Positions 18,682-28,326 of a stretch of 64,000 nucleotides of DNA are shown piece after piece. Position 1 is the stretch's first letter, and every line of letters begins with the position of its first letter. The position numbers and the translations under genes were made by a program. The notes below the pieces were generated by a model. The model saw only the letters and a program-made list of their open reading frames with translations. It searched no databases and was not told where the DNA came from. Source of the DNA: Candidatus Aenigmatarchaeota archaeon (GTDB taxonomy: Archaea; Aenigmatarchaeota; Aenigmatarchaeia; PWEA01; JACQIF01); the NCBI GenBank assembly GCA_016432325.1, contig CP066684.1, positions 785,090-849,089 on the forward strand. Direction: 5' to 3'.

Positions 18682-19299
18682 ATGTCTCTCCGCGACTACG
18701 AGAAGATCGAGCAGAAGATAACGAAGGAGGAGTTGCGAGAGCTGCATAAAATTTGGGGACTCACGCACAAGGACTTCACTGAAATCTTTGCGGCCGAAAC
18801 CCTCGCGCTGACGGGCAGTGTTTTGACAGGAGTTGTCTTGGCGATCTTCCTCAACAGACTCGAACTGGTACCGGCCTTCTTCATCGCTCTGCCCGGCTTC
18901 CTAGAGATGCGCGGCGCTGTCGGAGGCTCCCTCTCCGCGCGCCTCAGTTCCGCGATGTTCGTCGGTCATCTCAAACCAACGATCAGAAACAACCACATTC
19001 TCAGAGGCAACGTGTTCGCGACGTTCGTTCTGACAATTGTCGGCGCCCTCTTCCTCGGGCTCGTTGCTTACTTCATCGAACTCGCGCTCTTCGGCATAGC
19101 GTTCCCGCAAATCATAACCATCCTGCTGCTGGCGAGCGTCATCTCGAACCTCATAGAGATTCCGCTCACCGTCGCGACGACATTCGCTCTCTTCAAGCGC
19201 GACGTTGACCCGAACAACGTGATGGGCCCGTACGTCACCACCCAGGCCGACGTAGTAAGCGTGGCGAGCGTGCTGATTGCAATAGTGTTGATATTATGA
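18682..19299 (+). CDS. MgtE-family divalent cation transporter membrane domain protein
   Basis: 5 TM helices, DPNN motif (RDVDPNNVMGPYVTTQADV). Confidence 0.5.
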   Translation: MSLRDYEKIEQKITKEELRELHKIWGLTHKDFTEIFAAETLALTGSVLTGVVLAIFLNRLELVPAFFIALPGFLEMRGAVGGSLSARLSSAMFVGHLKPTIRNNHILRGNVFATFVLTIVGALFLGLVAYFIELALFGIAFPQIITILLLASVISNLIEIPLTVATTFALFKRDVDPNNVMGPYVTTQADVVSVASVLIAIVLIL

Positions 19300-19982
19300 G
19301 AAACCTGTTCAAGAGTCTGGCGAAGAAACCGAGGAGACGCTACCACCCTCTCCAGCATAAGATAAAGGAGAAACACGGGCTCTCTAAACGCACGGTCTTT
19401 TTCATGAAGGAGTACGGTCCGCACTCGCACGTTATGACGAACATACTCCGCGAGAGCGTTCCGATAGTGCTCCTGAGCGCGATCATCAGTTCTCTTGGAG
19501 GCGTTGCATTGGAAGATATGCGCAGCCAGTTTGCGATGGTGCTGCCTCTCATAATGATTGTTCCTGCCCTCAACCACATGGTAGGCAGCTTCGGCACCAT
19601 CGTCGCCTCCAGATTCACGACAGCGCTCTTCCAAGGCAAGATTCGCGAAAGGTGGTGGAAGATACACTTCCTGCACAGGCTCTTCTGGATGATGTTCGCG
19701 ATAGCCGTTGTCTCCGCAGTTTACGTTGCGTCCCTGGCCGCGATAGCCTCTCTGCTGCTCGGCAGCCCGATAGACGTCGCCGTCTACGAGAAACTCATAA
19801 TGACTACAATGGCCTCGGCTGTCTTGCTGACCGGCCTGATATTCAACATTTCCGTCGTCGGCGGCCTCTGGATATACAAACGCGGCGAGGACCCGAATAA
19901 CTTCCTGATTCCCATCACGACCGCGCTCGCGGACTTCGGTTCTCTCATCGTTTTTGCTTATCTCGTGACGGTCTTTTTCTGA
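19296..19982 (+). CDS. MgtE-family divalent cation transporter membrane domain protein (paralog)
   Basis: Overlaps upstream gene by 4 nt; EDPNNFLIPITTALADF motif; tandem paralog. Confidence 0.5.
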   Translation: MRNLFKSLAKKPRRRYHPLQHKIKEKHGLSKRTVFFMKEYGPHSHVMTNILRESVPIVLLSAIISSLGGVALEDMRSQFAMVLPLIMIVPALNHMVGSFGTIVASRFTTALFQGKIRERWWKIHFLHRLFWMMFAIAVVSAVYVASLAAIASLLLGSPIDVAVYEKLIMTTMASAVLLTGLIFNISVVGGLWIYKRGEDPNNFLIPITTALADFGSLIVFAYLVTVFF

Positions 19983-20034
19983 GCGACAAACGTTTAGCAG
20001 AAGGTTTAAATTCGTTGGCATCGCAATACAACAG

Positions 20035-20268
20035 ATGGGCGCGTCACATGCGTTGGACGGGATTCCAGAACGGATAGCAGATTTGCAGTCTGGCCTGAGG
20101 ACCACGAAACCGGACCATCCGCTCCTCGGACTGGTCTACGTACATGAGTCGGGCATCGGCTTTACCAAAGCGTTCCTGAAGCGCTATAGCGGCGACGCGG
20201 TGACGCAAGGCCTGCCGCAGTACGTGGCGGATCTGGAGAGGGCCGTCGACGCCCTGCCAGTATCTTAA
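20035..20268 (+). CDS. hypothetical small protein
   Basis: 77 aa; TATA-like GGTTTAAATTCG about 25 nt upstream. Confidence 0.35.
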   Translation: MGASHALDGIPERIADLQSGLRTTKPDHPLLGLVYVHESGIGFTKAFLKRYSGDAVTQGLPQYVADLERAVDALPVS

Positions 20269-20301
20269 CGAGCATTTAATCCTTTGCGCGCAAAGCGCAG
20301 T

Positions 20302-20532
20302 ATGCCGATAATCGTATCCATCACGCCAGAAGCTCTGGAAACAGGCCACTACACCCATGGAGGCAAGCTCGCCAAGGCGTGTCCTATGCACCCGTACGTG
20401 ATGGCCGGCAGCGAGAGCCTTGCCGTCCCCATAAGCGAAGCGACAGAGCGCAGGGGCCAATCGTACGCCACGAGGTACGTCGGCTCCGTATGCATGACGT
20501 GCGGCACGTGGCTGACGCGTAACGGTCACTGA
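20302..20532 (+). CDS. hypothetical small Cys/His-containing protein
   Basis: about 76 aa (trimmed to second Met); TATA-like GCATTTAATCC upstream; C..H...CxxC pattern. Confidence 0.35.
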   Translation: MPIIVSITPEALETGHYTHGGKLAKACPMHPYVMAGSESLAVPISEATERRGQSYATRYVGSVCMTCGTWLTRNGH

Positions 20533-20584
20533 CGCGAATAAGGCCTTTTTATACCTTTCCACCAACTCTTTCTGTTGATTTATC

Positions 20585-21322
20585 ATGCCGGTTATTGAAG
20601 CTCTTGTCGAAGGCGGGAAGGCCAGCGCAGCGCCTCCGCTCGGACCGGCTCTCGGCCCGGCAGGCGTGCCCATACCCAAAGTCATAGCGGCGATAAACGA
20701 GAAAACGAAGGACTTCGTCGGCATGCAGGTTCCGGTAAAAATCATAGTGCGCGATGACAAGTCCTTCGAAATAACCGTCGGAACGCCTCCTGTTTCTGCG
20801 ATGATTAAGAAGGAAGCGAAGCTCGAGAAACTCTCGGGCAAGCCGAAGACCGAGCGTCTTGCTGATTTGGCCATCGAACAGGTCATCAAGATAGCCAAGA
20901 ACAAGCTGGACGGACTTAATACCCGCCAGGCCCGCGCCGCGGTGAAGCAGGTAGTGGGCACGTGCGTCTCTTCAGGAATTCTCGTGGAAGGCAAGGATCC
21001 GAAAATCGTTCAGAAGGAAATAGACGCCGGCGCGTACGACGACAAGATTCTCAAATGGAAGACCGAGCTGAGCACAGAAGAGCTCAAGAGGCTCGACGAG
21101 GAGAAGAAGAAGCTCGTCGAGGCCGCGGCGAAACTGCACGCGGAACAGCGCGCCTCGGGAGAAGCGATACTCAAGTCTCTGGAAGGCAGGCCGCGCCACG
21201 AAATCGTCGCGAAGATGGAGGAAGCCAAGCTGCCGACGGACCTCATCAACGAGCTCGTGCCAGCGACGAAGAAAGCCGAAAGCGCCGCGCCTGCCGCTCC
21301 GGCCGCGCCGGCGAAGAAGTAA
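20585..21322 (+). CDS. rpl11: 50S ribosomal protein L11 (uL11) with long C-terminal extension
   Basis: N-terminal VEGGKASAAPPLGPALGPAGV...MIKKEAK matches uL11; about 85 extra C-terminal residues, K/E-rich, ending AAPAAPAAPAKK. Confidence 0.85.
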   Translation: MPVIEALVEGGKASAAPPLGPALGPAGVPIPKVIAAINEKTKDFVGMQVPVKIIVRDDKSFEITVGTPPVSAMIKKEAKLEKLSGKPKTERLADLAIEQVIKIAKNKLDGLNTRQARAAVKQVVGTCVSSGILVEGKDPKIVQKEIDAGAYDDKILKWKTELSTEELKRLDEEKKKLVEAAAKLHAEQRASGEAILKSLEGRPRHEIVAKMEEAKLPTDLINELVPATKKAESAAPAAPAAPAKK

Positions 21323-21331
21323 TCTCTTGGC

Positions 21332-22777
21332 CTACGAACTTTCTGGGGTGTTCCACACATCGACTCCTGACTTACCGGTCTCTCTGCTGGCGCGCCCCGC
21401 TTTGGACAGCTTGTCGAGCGTGGCCATCGCCCGCTGGCGGGAAAGTCCGAGTTCGTTGGCATAGAACCAAATAGGTTTTCCGGGATGCTTCTGCAACGCG
21501 ATTTCCATCGAGTCGAGGGCTGTCGGTGCGATGCTGAGTCTCCAACGATAGTCCTTGCTTTGCGGCACGCTCTCCTTCTCCTCAACGGTCGCATTGCCGT
21601 TCTGCATGTATAACGCGGCGGCGCCGAGAATCCTAGACACGCCGGAAGCATGGACGCCGTGCCTTTCCGCGAGCTCCTTCTGTATCGTCTCCACCTCTCG
21701 GATGTCGTTTGCAGAAAAGTTGATGTCAAGCAACGATCTATCAGACATTCCTATGCATATTCCGTTGTATCTGCGCAGAGCCATAGCCGCATGCTTCGCC
21801 GAATCCTCCGACTGCGCGTCCTTCCAGAAGTCCCTGATGACTTGCATCGGTGAGGTCCCGCCGTCGAACTCCGCCTCAAGGAATCTCTTGATGTCTTTTG
21901 GAACCTCTACAGAGAACGAAACCCTCTTCTCCATCAGGCGCTGTTCGTCAACGGTTGGCGTCACGTCAGGTGTTGGCGTTGCGTTGGACAGGGACACGCT
22001 GACTGCAAGTGTCTTCTGCGGATTCGGTGCAGGTTCAACCGCAACAGGCGCCGCTTGCTCCTTGCGTCCACCACCCGGCCTCAAGAAAAGACCCGTATAC
22101 TCTATTTCTCCCGCGTCGTGCATCTCTCTTAGAAGCGGTTCGCCTGCGCTTGCGGTAAGCCCAATGGCACGCAGCGCCGCAGACGCCATGCCGCCAGGAT
22201 GCTTCTCTGCATAGGATTTTATGGACGCCCTCGCGTCCTTGATGTCCTCAGGATTGTCCGGACGAACGGCGGCGAAGTACTTGAGAATCCTTCCCTCCCT
22301 CGTCCTCATCAGTTCGCCTTTGTTGAACAACGTTCTCAGTTCCATGCCGGTTTTTATCGGATTCACGTTGAGCCTAGCGGCATACGAATATGCGTCTTCC
22401 ATCGGATGCCTGCGAACGTCTGCGAGAAGGTTATCCCTGAATTCTATCGAATGCCTCGATCTTTGCTTTACAACCTTTTCCTTGCGCGGTTTGGGATGCC
22501 CGTTGCTATTACCGGAAAGACCGACAAGCTCGACGCCCGGTCGGATGAAATATCCTCGTCCAGAGTCGTCGCCTCCGTCCTTGTATCCGAGGATGCCGTC
22601 CCTTTTCAGGTGGTTCAGAGCGAACGTTGTTCCCCTGAACGGCGTGCCCAAGTCCTTCGATACCTGACCGGCAAAAACCACTCTGCCCTCTTCAAAATAC
22701 TCGAGAATCTTTCGCGAGAGAGAACTGTATCTTGAGATATCAAAGATTCTTTTTGTGCCGTTGCCGTTTTCTGACAC
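21332..22777 (-). CDS. DNA-binding protein with multiple predicted winged-helix domains
   Basis: 481 aa; three wHTH-like segments at N-terminus, middle and C-terminus; central Pro/Thr-rich linker. Confidence 0.4.
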   Translation of the reverse strand: MSENGNGTKRIFDISRYSSLSRKILEYFEEGRVVFAGQVSKDLGTPFRGTTFALNHLKRDGILGYKDGGDDSGRGYFIRPGVELVGLSGNSNGHPKPRKEKVVKQRSRHSIEFRDNLLADVRRHPMEDAYSYAARLNVNPIKTGMELRTLFNKGELMRTREGRILKYFAAVRPDNPEDIKDARASIKSYAEKHPGGMASAALRAIGLTASAGEPLLREMHDAGEIEYTGLFLRPGGGRKEQAAPVAVEPAPNPQKTLAVSVSLSNATPTPDVTPTVDEQRLMEKRVSFSVEVPKDIKRFLEAEFDGGTSPMQVIRDFWKDAQSEDSAKHAAMALRRYNGICIGMSDRSLLDINFSANDIREVETIQKELAERHGVHASGVSRILGAAALYMQNGNATVEEKESVPQSKDYRWRLSIAPTALDSMEIALQKHPGKPIWFYANELGLSRQRAMATLDKLSKAGRASRETGKSGVDVWNTPESS

Positions 22778-22868
22778 CCTAACCCCGTTTTCAATTGAAG
22801 GCAGTTTTATTTATACGTTCAGTCTCGGCGCGTACGCGCACTTCGTCTCTTGTCGTTGCACTCTATAT

Positions 22869-23339
22869 ATGGAACGCACGAAAATATTATTTCCGATGCA
22901 AGGACACCGCGCCGCGCCAGAGCCTCTTGTAGAGACGCTTTCAGGAGTCTATTCAGGCCACGTCGCAGAGGTCGTTACAGCCCTTGCGCCTGCCACAATC
23001 GGCGTCAACGCTCAGGCAATGGAGGCCACGAGACTCTTCCCGGAACAGCAAGTCTTTGTCACGATAGTCCCGCCGCGCGGCGTGCCGCGTTCCCTCATCT
23101 ACAAGGCCCAGTACGCTGTGCAACCGATACTCGTGCCTGAGAAGCTTCTGACAGAGGAGGACAGGAAACTGCTGCAACTCTACGCGCTGTCCTACGGCTA
23201 CGGCGTCCTTCTGCCGAGCGATCCGGTTTTTGGGCGCGTCAAGAACGGCGACGAAGTGATAATCAACACGCATGTCGACGAGGCGGCTTGGGGCGTGGCG
23301 CGCGTGCTGAAGGACCATTTCAAGAACCCGTGGACCTGA
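22869..23339 (+). CDS. hypothetical protein
   Basis: Track ORF trimmed to ATG at 22869 (MERTKILF); convergent with rtcA, 3' ends overlap about 20 nt. Confidence 0.35.
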   Translation: MERTKILFPMQGHRAAPEPLVETLSGVYSGHVAEVVTALAPATIGVNAQAMEATRLFPEQQVFVTIVPPRGVPRSLIYKAQYAVQPILVPEKLLTEEDRKLLQLYALSYGYGVLLPSDPVFGRVKNGDEVIINTHVDEAAWGVARVLKDHFKNPWT

Positions 23340-24363
23340 CCGTAGTTCCGTCCAGCTCGAGCCTCTTTCCAAGGAACGCTTCGATGACCACGATGTTCGT
23401 GCGCACGTGATTCGTGACTTCTTGCAGATGTGCCTGACCGCCGGACAAGGCGAGGAACGGGAGAATCATGTCAGAGGTCTGCCTGTCCGTTATGCATCCC
23501 GAGTCCATCGCTTTCAGAAGCTTTTCCGCGGCGCTCTTGCCCACGTCTTCTGCGCTCACGCTTTTTTCGCCAATCGCGTCCCCGCCGAGGACAGTGTGCT
23601 CGTACTCTGCGTAACAAACGACACCGGAGCCCGGGTTGTCTGATAGTTCGTACGAAACCTCGACTGTCGTGTCACGGCCTAGCGGTTTGAGCGCCTGTGC
23701 GGCTGCCGCGGCCTGCCTCTCCGCGACGCGCGCCCGCTTCAGTTCTGTCGAGGCCACGGAATAGACGTGTACTCCACGAATGAAACCGCGGTCTGTGAAC
23801 GAGACGGGTTTCCCGCGAGACATCGCCAAGAGCGGCGACGCGCCTTCCGGGGGATGCAGGACGAACGTCACGTCCGCGCCTCCCTTCGGATAAAAGCCTT
23901 CGCGTTTGACATCGAACTCTGTCCTGTAGCCGAACCGCTTGACAACAGGCAGGAAGACCCGCGTTATGTAATCCACGGGCGGGGCCCACTTGCCGTACGT
24001 CGCTCCGCCGCGGACGTGCACGTGTAACGGTTCTTTCAAAACGTACGGAACCAGCTGCAGTGTTTGGAATACGAGACCGACAGAACCGGCTGTCCCTATC
24101 TCAACATCCAGCGCGTCGCGCGTTATCTTTTCCGGAGCGAACGTCACTTCTGTGCTTCCAAGTTTTGCGCCAGTAACTTCCGCGTCGCACAGTAGCGCTA
24201 TGGCTTTGAGCGCCTCGAGGTGCTGCGTCTTGAGTCCGCCCACTTCGCGGCCGCCTCTGATGTTCGTCAGCCTGAACGGCGTCTTCGTTACGACCGACAG
24301 TCCTAACGCAGTACGGAGAATCTGCCCGCCGCCGGAAGAGCCGTCGAGTGAGATCATATACAA
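23320..24363 (-). CDS. rtcA: RNA 3'-terminal phosphate cyclase
   Basis: LDGSSGGGQILRTALGLS N-terminal motif and overall length typical of RtcA. Confidence 0.85.
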   Translation of the reverse strand: MYMISLDGSSGGGQILRTALGLSVVTKTPFRLTNIRGGREVGGLKTQHLEALKAIALLCDAEVTGAKLGSTEVTFAPEKITRDALDVEIGTAGSVGLVFQTLQLVPYVLKEPLHVHVRGGATYGKWAPPVDYITRVFLPVVKRFGYRTEFDVKREGFYPKGGADVTFVLHPPEGASPLLAMSRGKPVSFTDRGFIRGVHVYSVASTELKRARVAERQAAAAAQALKPLGRDTTVEVSYELSDNPGSGVVCYAEYEHTVLGGDAIGEKSVSAEDVGKSAAEKLLKAMDSGCITDRQTSDMILPFLALSGGQAHLQEVTNHVRTNIVVIEAFLGKRLELDGTTVRSTGS

Positions 24364-24447
24364 TAATACCCCGAACGATAATAAAGGCCGCCAGGGCGGT
24401 TTGCGCAGCTCTCGGTCTTTTTATTACTATCGTCGCATATATCGTCT

Positions 24448-25257
24448 ATGAACTCGAAACGAGAGAATTTCGAAAGATTGAGAACCCGGAGGGAATTGTG
24501 GGAGCTAAAACGCCGTGAACAGGCCTTTTATGAAGGATTTCCTAGAAGCGGGTCCGCCGCGACATTCGAAAGAGACGCTGTAGACACAGACACTATTAGG
24601 AGGCATCGCAGTAAACTAGCTTTTCCGCAGCTTGTGCATGCGCGCCTCGGCCTAGTTGAAGATTATTACGAACTCCTCGAGCACATGCAGTTTTTACAGT
24701 ACGCGAAGGCCGTCTTCGAGGGGGGCGCGAAAGTAAAGACCCGTGCAAAATATTTCACGAAACTGAACACGATAAACCCATCCACATTCCATCAGAGTCG
24801 GTATCCAGTTAAGGTCCATGAGCGGGGCTGGGGATACTCTGCGAATTCTAGCACAGATCAGGAAACGGTTGAAAAGATAGACCTTGAACTCGTACGTCTG
24901 GAAGCCAGACTGGACAAACACCCAGTCCGCGGCACGGTGCTGGAAAAAATACCCATCGGGACAAAGCCAATGTGGCGCGAGTATATAGCGGGGATGAAAT
25001 CTTCCGGTCGAATCGTACGCTTCCTATATGAATCCGAAGAGAAGAGGCAGGAAAGACTTGAAGAAATAAAGGATGCCGTGACTGCGAGATGGCGTCATGT
25101 AACCCCATCCGATCCTGAATCATATAAACGCTACAAAGGCGCCGTCTTTGGGTTGAAGAAAGAGGCCGCCCTAATAGGCGCGGAAAGGGCCGCAATATAT
25201 TTCGTTTCGGAATTCGAGAGGCAAAGGCGACAGGCCCCGCCTCTGCCCGACGCCTAA
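24448..25257 (+). CDS. hypothetical protein (low-GC gene)
   Basis: 269 aa; nucleotide composition visibly AT-richer than flanks (about 45-50% GC by eye); no family recognised. Confidence 0.45.
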   Translation: MNSKRENFERLRTRRELWELKRREQAFYEGFPRSGSAATFERDAVDTDTIRRHRSKLAFPQLVHARLGLVEDYYELLEHMQFLQYAKAVFEGGAKVKTRAKYFTKLNTINPSTFHQSRYPVKVHERGWGYSANSSTDQETVEKIDLELVRLEARLDKHPVRGTVLEKIPIGTKPMWREYIAGMKSSGRIVRFLYESEEKRQERLEEIKDAVTARWRHVTPSDPESYKRYKGAVFGLKKEAALIGAERAAIYFVSEFERQRRQAPPLPDA

Positions 25258-25299
25258 ACAAATGTCATTCTTATTTCGGCTCGTACAAAAACATATTCC

Positions 25300-25476
25300 A
25301 TGGAAGCTCTCCTGTACAACAGAAGCGGCTCGCCTGCTCCATGCGACTTCTGCGGCACGCCGATATCGGACTTGGGCCTCGGTTTCCACGACCACATAAA
25401 AACAAGCGAAGGCTGCAGCGCGCAGTACGAGGCGTGGCTCGAGCGCATCAAGCAGGACCATCCAGAAGGGGACTAG
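25300..25476 (+). CDS. small ORF (58 aa) with Cys/His motif, not in ORF track
   Basis: ATG 25300 to TAG 25474-25476; MEALLYNRSGSPAPCDFCGTPISDLGLGFHDHIKTSEGCSAQYEAWLERIKQDHPEGD. Confidence 0.3.
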   Translation: MEALLYNRSGSPAPCDFCGTPISDLGLGFHDHIKTSEGCSAQYEAWLERIKQDHPEGD

Positions 25477-25544
25477 ATAAATATTCGCTGCCTTCGACAA
25501 CGCCCAAGAGAGGGTTTAAATTGTTATCGTTGCCAACAAAGGGC

Positions 25545-26159
25545 ATGGCAACATCACTTCAGATGCTCCGAATAGAGCCTAAAATAGTTGGCGGTAAAAC
25601 GGTCATTCCAGCCTTCGAACTCGCCAACCAGATAGAGTTTCCACAGCAAAACGGTCGCTATCTGACAGCCGCAGAGCATCAGGCCCGCGGACTCGCGACG
25701 CTCGGCATGTTTCGCCACGCTTTCGATACTTCTCCATATTTCAAACAGGCCATCCACGCCCAGCGCGGTTGCGGCGAATGGACCTCGACCGCGTGGGAAG
25801 ACGGTCGTTACGTGCACGAAGGAGGCCGTCTCGTACGCGACGGAAACGCTTGGGAATACGAAGGCGGTACGCGCACGAAGGTGCGAATGCCTGAAGACGG
25901 CTGGGGACTCGAATACCATCCCACGCTTGGCGTTCCTACGAAAACAGGCGACAGAGAAGACGCCGTAGCGAAGTTCGGCCAGGACGCTTCATATTTCTTG
26001 GGCGACAAAGAAGGCTTTAGGCCCGTGATTCGGGGTCGCAGCCTCGGCGACCGCGGGCCCTTCGACGTCGGCGCGAGCTGTGGGCCTGGCGCCGGGAACT
26101 CGGTCGTTGGTGGTCGTGCGTGCCGTAGGTCAGGACTAATGAGATTGGCAAAGGAATAG
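25545..26159 (+). CDS. hypothetical Gly/Trp-rich protein
   Basis: Track ORF 25341.. trimmed to ATG 25545; TATA-like GGTTTAAATTG about 25 nt upstream. Confidence 0.4.
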   Translation: MATSLQMLRIEPKIVGGKTVIPAFELANQIEFPQQNGRYLTAAEHQARGLATLGMFRHAFDTSPYFKQAIHAQRGCGEWTSTAWEDGRYVHEGGRLVRDGNAWEYEGGTRTKVRMPEDGWGLEYHPTLGVPTKTGDREDAVAKFGQDASYFLGDKEGFRPVIRGRSLGDRGPFDVGASCGPGAGNSVVGGRACRRSGLMRLAKE

Positions 26160-26217
26160 ACGACATCATTTCAAGATATGGAATAAGAGAATAGACTCCA
26201 CCCCCAGTAAAAAGCAA

Positions 26218-27501
26218 CTAGACGTCAATCGTATCCCCGACGGCAGGCGCGACGGCGTCAAAGCCGTGCTCTTCCTTGAGCGCCGCGGCGAACTTCTTGG
26301 TGTCCTCCCCGTGGATGCAGACGACGCGTTCCGGATTCAACGTTTTGATGTAGTTCACGAGTTCGCTCCTGCCCGCGTGCGCAGAGAAGTCGAGCTTTTC
26401 AAACGGAACCTTGAGCTTGAACTCCTTCTTCTCCGTCTTGTAGACGCCTGTCTCGAGAAGCGCTTTTCCCGCGGAGCCTTCGGCCTGGAAGCCCGTCATT
26501 GCCAGATACGAGTTTCTGTCATCCTTCAGGTGTTCGAGGTAATGAGCGACAGGACCGCCGTTGAGCATGCCGGAAGTCGTGATGATTACGCACGGATGCT
26601 TCTTCTTGAGAATCTTCTCGCGCGCTTGGTTGTTCGTCACTTTCTTTGCTCTGGCGAACACGCGCTGGAGCATCTGCGGGTATCTCAGGAACTCCGAGTA
26701 GCGCAGGGCGATGGCCGTAGCGTCGCGGCACATGCCGTCCACGTATATCGGCACGTCGATGCCGTACTTTTCCAGCACGAGCAAGAGTTCCTGTGCGCGG
26801 CCGACTGCGAACGAAGAGACCAGCGCGACGCCGTCATTGTTCACGGCTTCGCGTATGCGCTTTATCAGGTGCTTCTCTGTCTCGTCGCGGTTCGGATGCT
26901 CTTTCGTTCCGTAGGTGGACTCTATTATCAGCGTCTTCACGTCCTCGCGCACCGGACTCAGGCCGTTCAGGAGCTCTGTCTTTTCGACCTTCATGTCGCC
27001 TGTGTAGACCACGACTCCTTTTCCTGTGTCTATCACGGCCTGCCCCGAGCCCGGGATGTGGCCCGCGTCGTAGAACATCACCTGCGAGTTGCCTATCTCG
27101 AACTGCTGGCCGTAGGCGACGCGAAACGCGTTGGCGTACATCGTGGAGACGTCCTTGGAGAAATACCCGATGCCGTGGCCCTTGATTTTGGCGAGCTTGA
27201 GGCTGTCCTTCAAAAGCAGGTCCATCAGGTCGAGAGTGGTCGCGGACGCATGCACCGGCCCTCGATAGCCGCGGTTGTAGAGAGAAGGCACGAAACCGCC
27301 GTGGTCCAGGTGGGCGTGCGAGACTACGACGCCGTCGAGTTTAACGGACGCCGCCATCGGGAACGCGGGCTGGTCAACGCCCTCCGCGCCTGTGACGACC
27401 TTTATTCCGTAGTCCATCAATATGCGTTCGCTTCCTGTGTCCAGCACGAATCCGGAACGGCCGACCTCTTGGGCGGCGCCGAGGCATTGTAACTTCATCA
27501 T
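26218..27501 (-). CDS. metallo-beta-lactamase fold beta-CASP ribonuclease (aCPSF2/RNase J-like)
   Basis: HAHLDHGG zinc-binding motif, beta-CASP region, C-terminal IHGE; TATA (TATATAAG on minus) about 30 nt upstream of start at 27501. Confidence 0.7.
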   Translation of the reverse strand: MMKLQCLGAAQEVGRSGFVLDTGSERILMDYGIKVVTGAEGVDQPAFPMAASVKLDGVVVSHAHLDHGGFVPSLYNRGYRGPVHASATTLDLMDLLLKDSLKLAKIKGHGIGYFSKDVSTMYANAFRVAYGQQFEIGNSQVMFYDAGHIPGSGQAVIDTGKGVVVYTGDMKVEKTELLNGLSPVREDVKTLIIESTYGTKEHPNRDETEKHLIKRIREAVNNDGVALVSSFAVGRAQELLLVLEKYGIDVPIYVDGMCRDATAIALRYSEFLRYPQMLQRVFARAKKVTNNQAREKILKKKHPCVIITTSGMLNGGPVAHYLEHLKDDRNSYLAMTGFQAEGSAGKALLETGVYKTEKKEFKLKVPFEKLDFSAHAGRSELVNYIKTLNPERVVCIHGEDTKKFAAALKEEHGFDAVAPAVGDTIDV

Positions 27502-27602
27502 CAAAATCCTGTGCGACGTTTCCCACAAGCGCTTATATAGCTTCTTCTTGAAGTCTTCTTCGGTGTCCCTGATGAGCAACGGCCTTTACGAGAAACGTCT
27601 TT

Positions 27603-28274
27603 GGCGTTAGAATAGGAGTTCTCGGAGGCATAGGCCCTGAAGCAACGGCGCTTTTCTACAGGAAGCTCATCCTGCGGCTGCAGAAGAGAGGCACGATACG
27701 GAGCAACGGCGACTACCCCCAGATAATCATCAACAGCATTCCGGCTCCGGAGCTGGTCGGCGAGATATCAGACGAACACCTCAAGCCGTTCGTTCGCGGA
27801 CTCAAAGAGCTCGACTCGTTTGGCGTTGACTTCATAGTGATGGCCTGCAACACGATACACCTCTTTCATGGAAAATTGCAGAAGGAAGTGCGCGCTCCCA
27901 TCCTAGACCTGCGTGTTGCCGTAAATAAGTCCCTCGAAAGACGCGGAGTGAGGAACGCCCTGATTATTGGGACGCCTAATACCGTGAAACGGAAATTATA
28001 CGGGTTTGGCGGGCGCCTTATTGAGCCTGACGCGGAAGAAACAGAACGCCTCGCGCAGGCGATTCTGAACTTCAACAGAGGAGTGGACAAGGAAGCCCAG
28101 GTCGAGATCACAAGGACAATCTGCAGACGCCATTTGGATAACGGCGCAGAAGCGGTCTTGCTGGCCTGCACGGAGTTCGCGGTGATGCTCGACGGCGAAC
28201 CGCAGACAATAAGCACAATAGACGTGTTGGTGGATGCCGTGATGGAAAAGTTCGTGTCTCCCACAAACGCTTAA
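27603..28274 (+). CDS. aspartate/glutamate racemase family protein; N-terminus lacks in-frame start (possible frameshift)
   Basis: In-frame translation from 27603 gives GVRIGVLGGIGPEAT...ACNT...ACTEF (both catalytic Cys motifs); nearest ATG (27572) is in the +1 frame and terminates at 27608-27610. Confidence 0.55.
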   Translation, partial: GVRIGVLGGIGPEATALFYRKLILRLQKRGTIRSNGDYPQIIINSIPAPELVGEISDEHLKPFVRGLKELDSFGVDFIVMACNTIHLFHGKLQKEVRAPILDLRVAVNKSLERRGVRNALIIGTPNTVKRKLYGFGGRLIEPDAEETERLAQAILNFNRGVDKEAQVEITRTICRRHLDNGAEAVLLACTEFAVMLDGEPQTISTIDVLVDAVMEKFVSPTNA

Positions 28275-28326
28275 ATACTTTCTTTGCGAATGGGGCTCAG
28301 GTGGACAAGATGGGTGAGGGCCTTTA

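Noticed and set aside
20044-20994. 316-aa minus-strand ORF
   Set aside because: Overlaps the conserved rpl11 gene and two promoter-equipped small plus-strand genes.
26266-27492. 408-aa plus-strand ORF
   Set aside because: Antisense to the beta-CASP ribonuclease gene; no recognisable domains, Arg/Leu/Val-rich.
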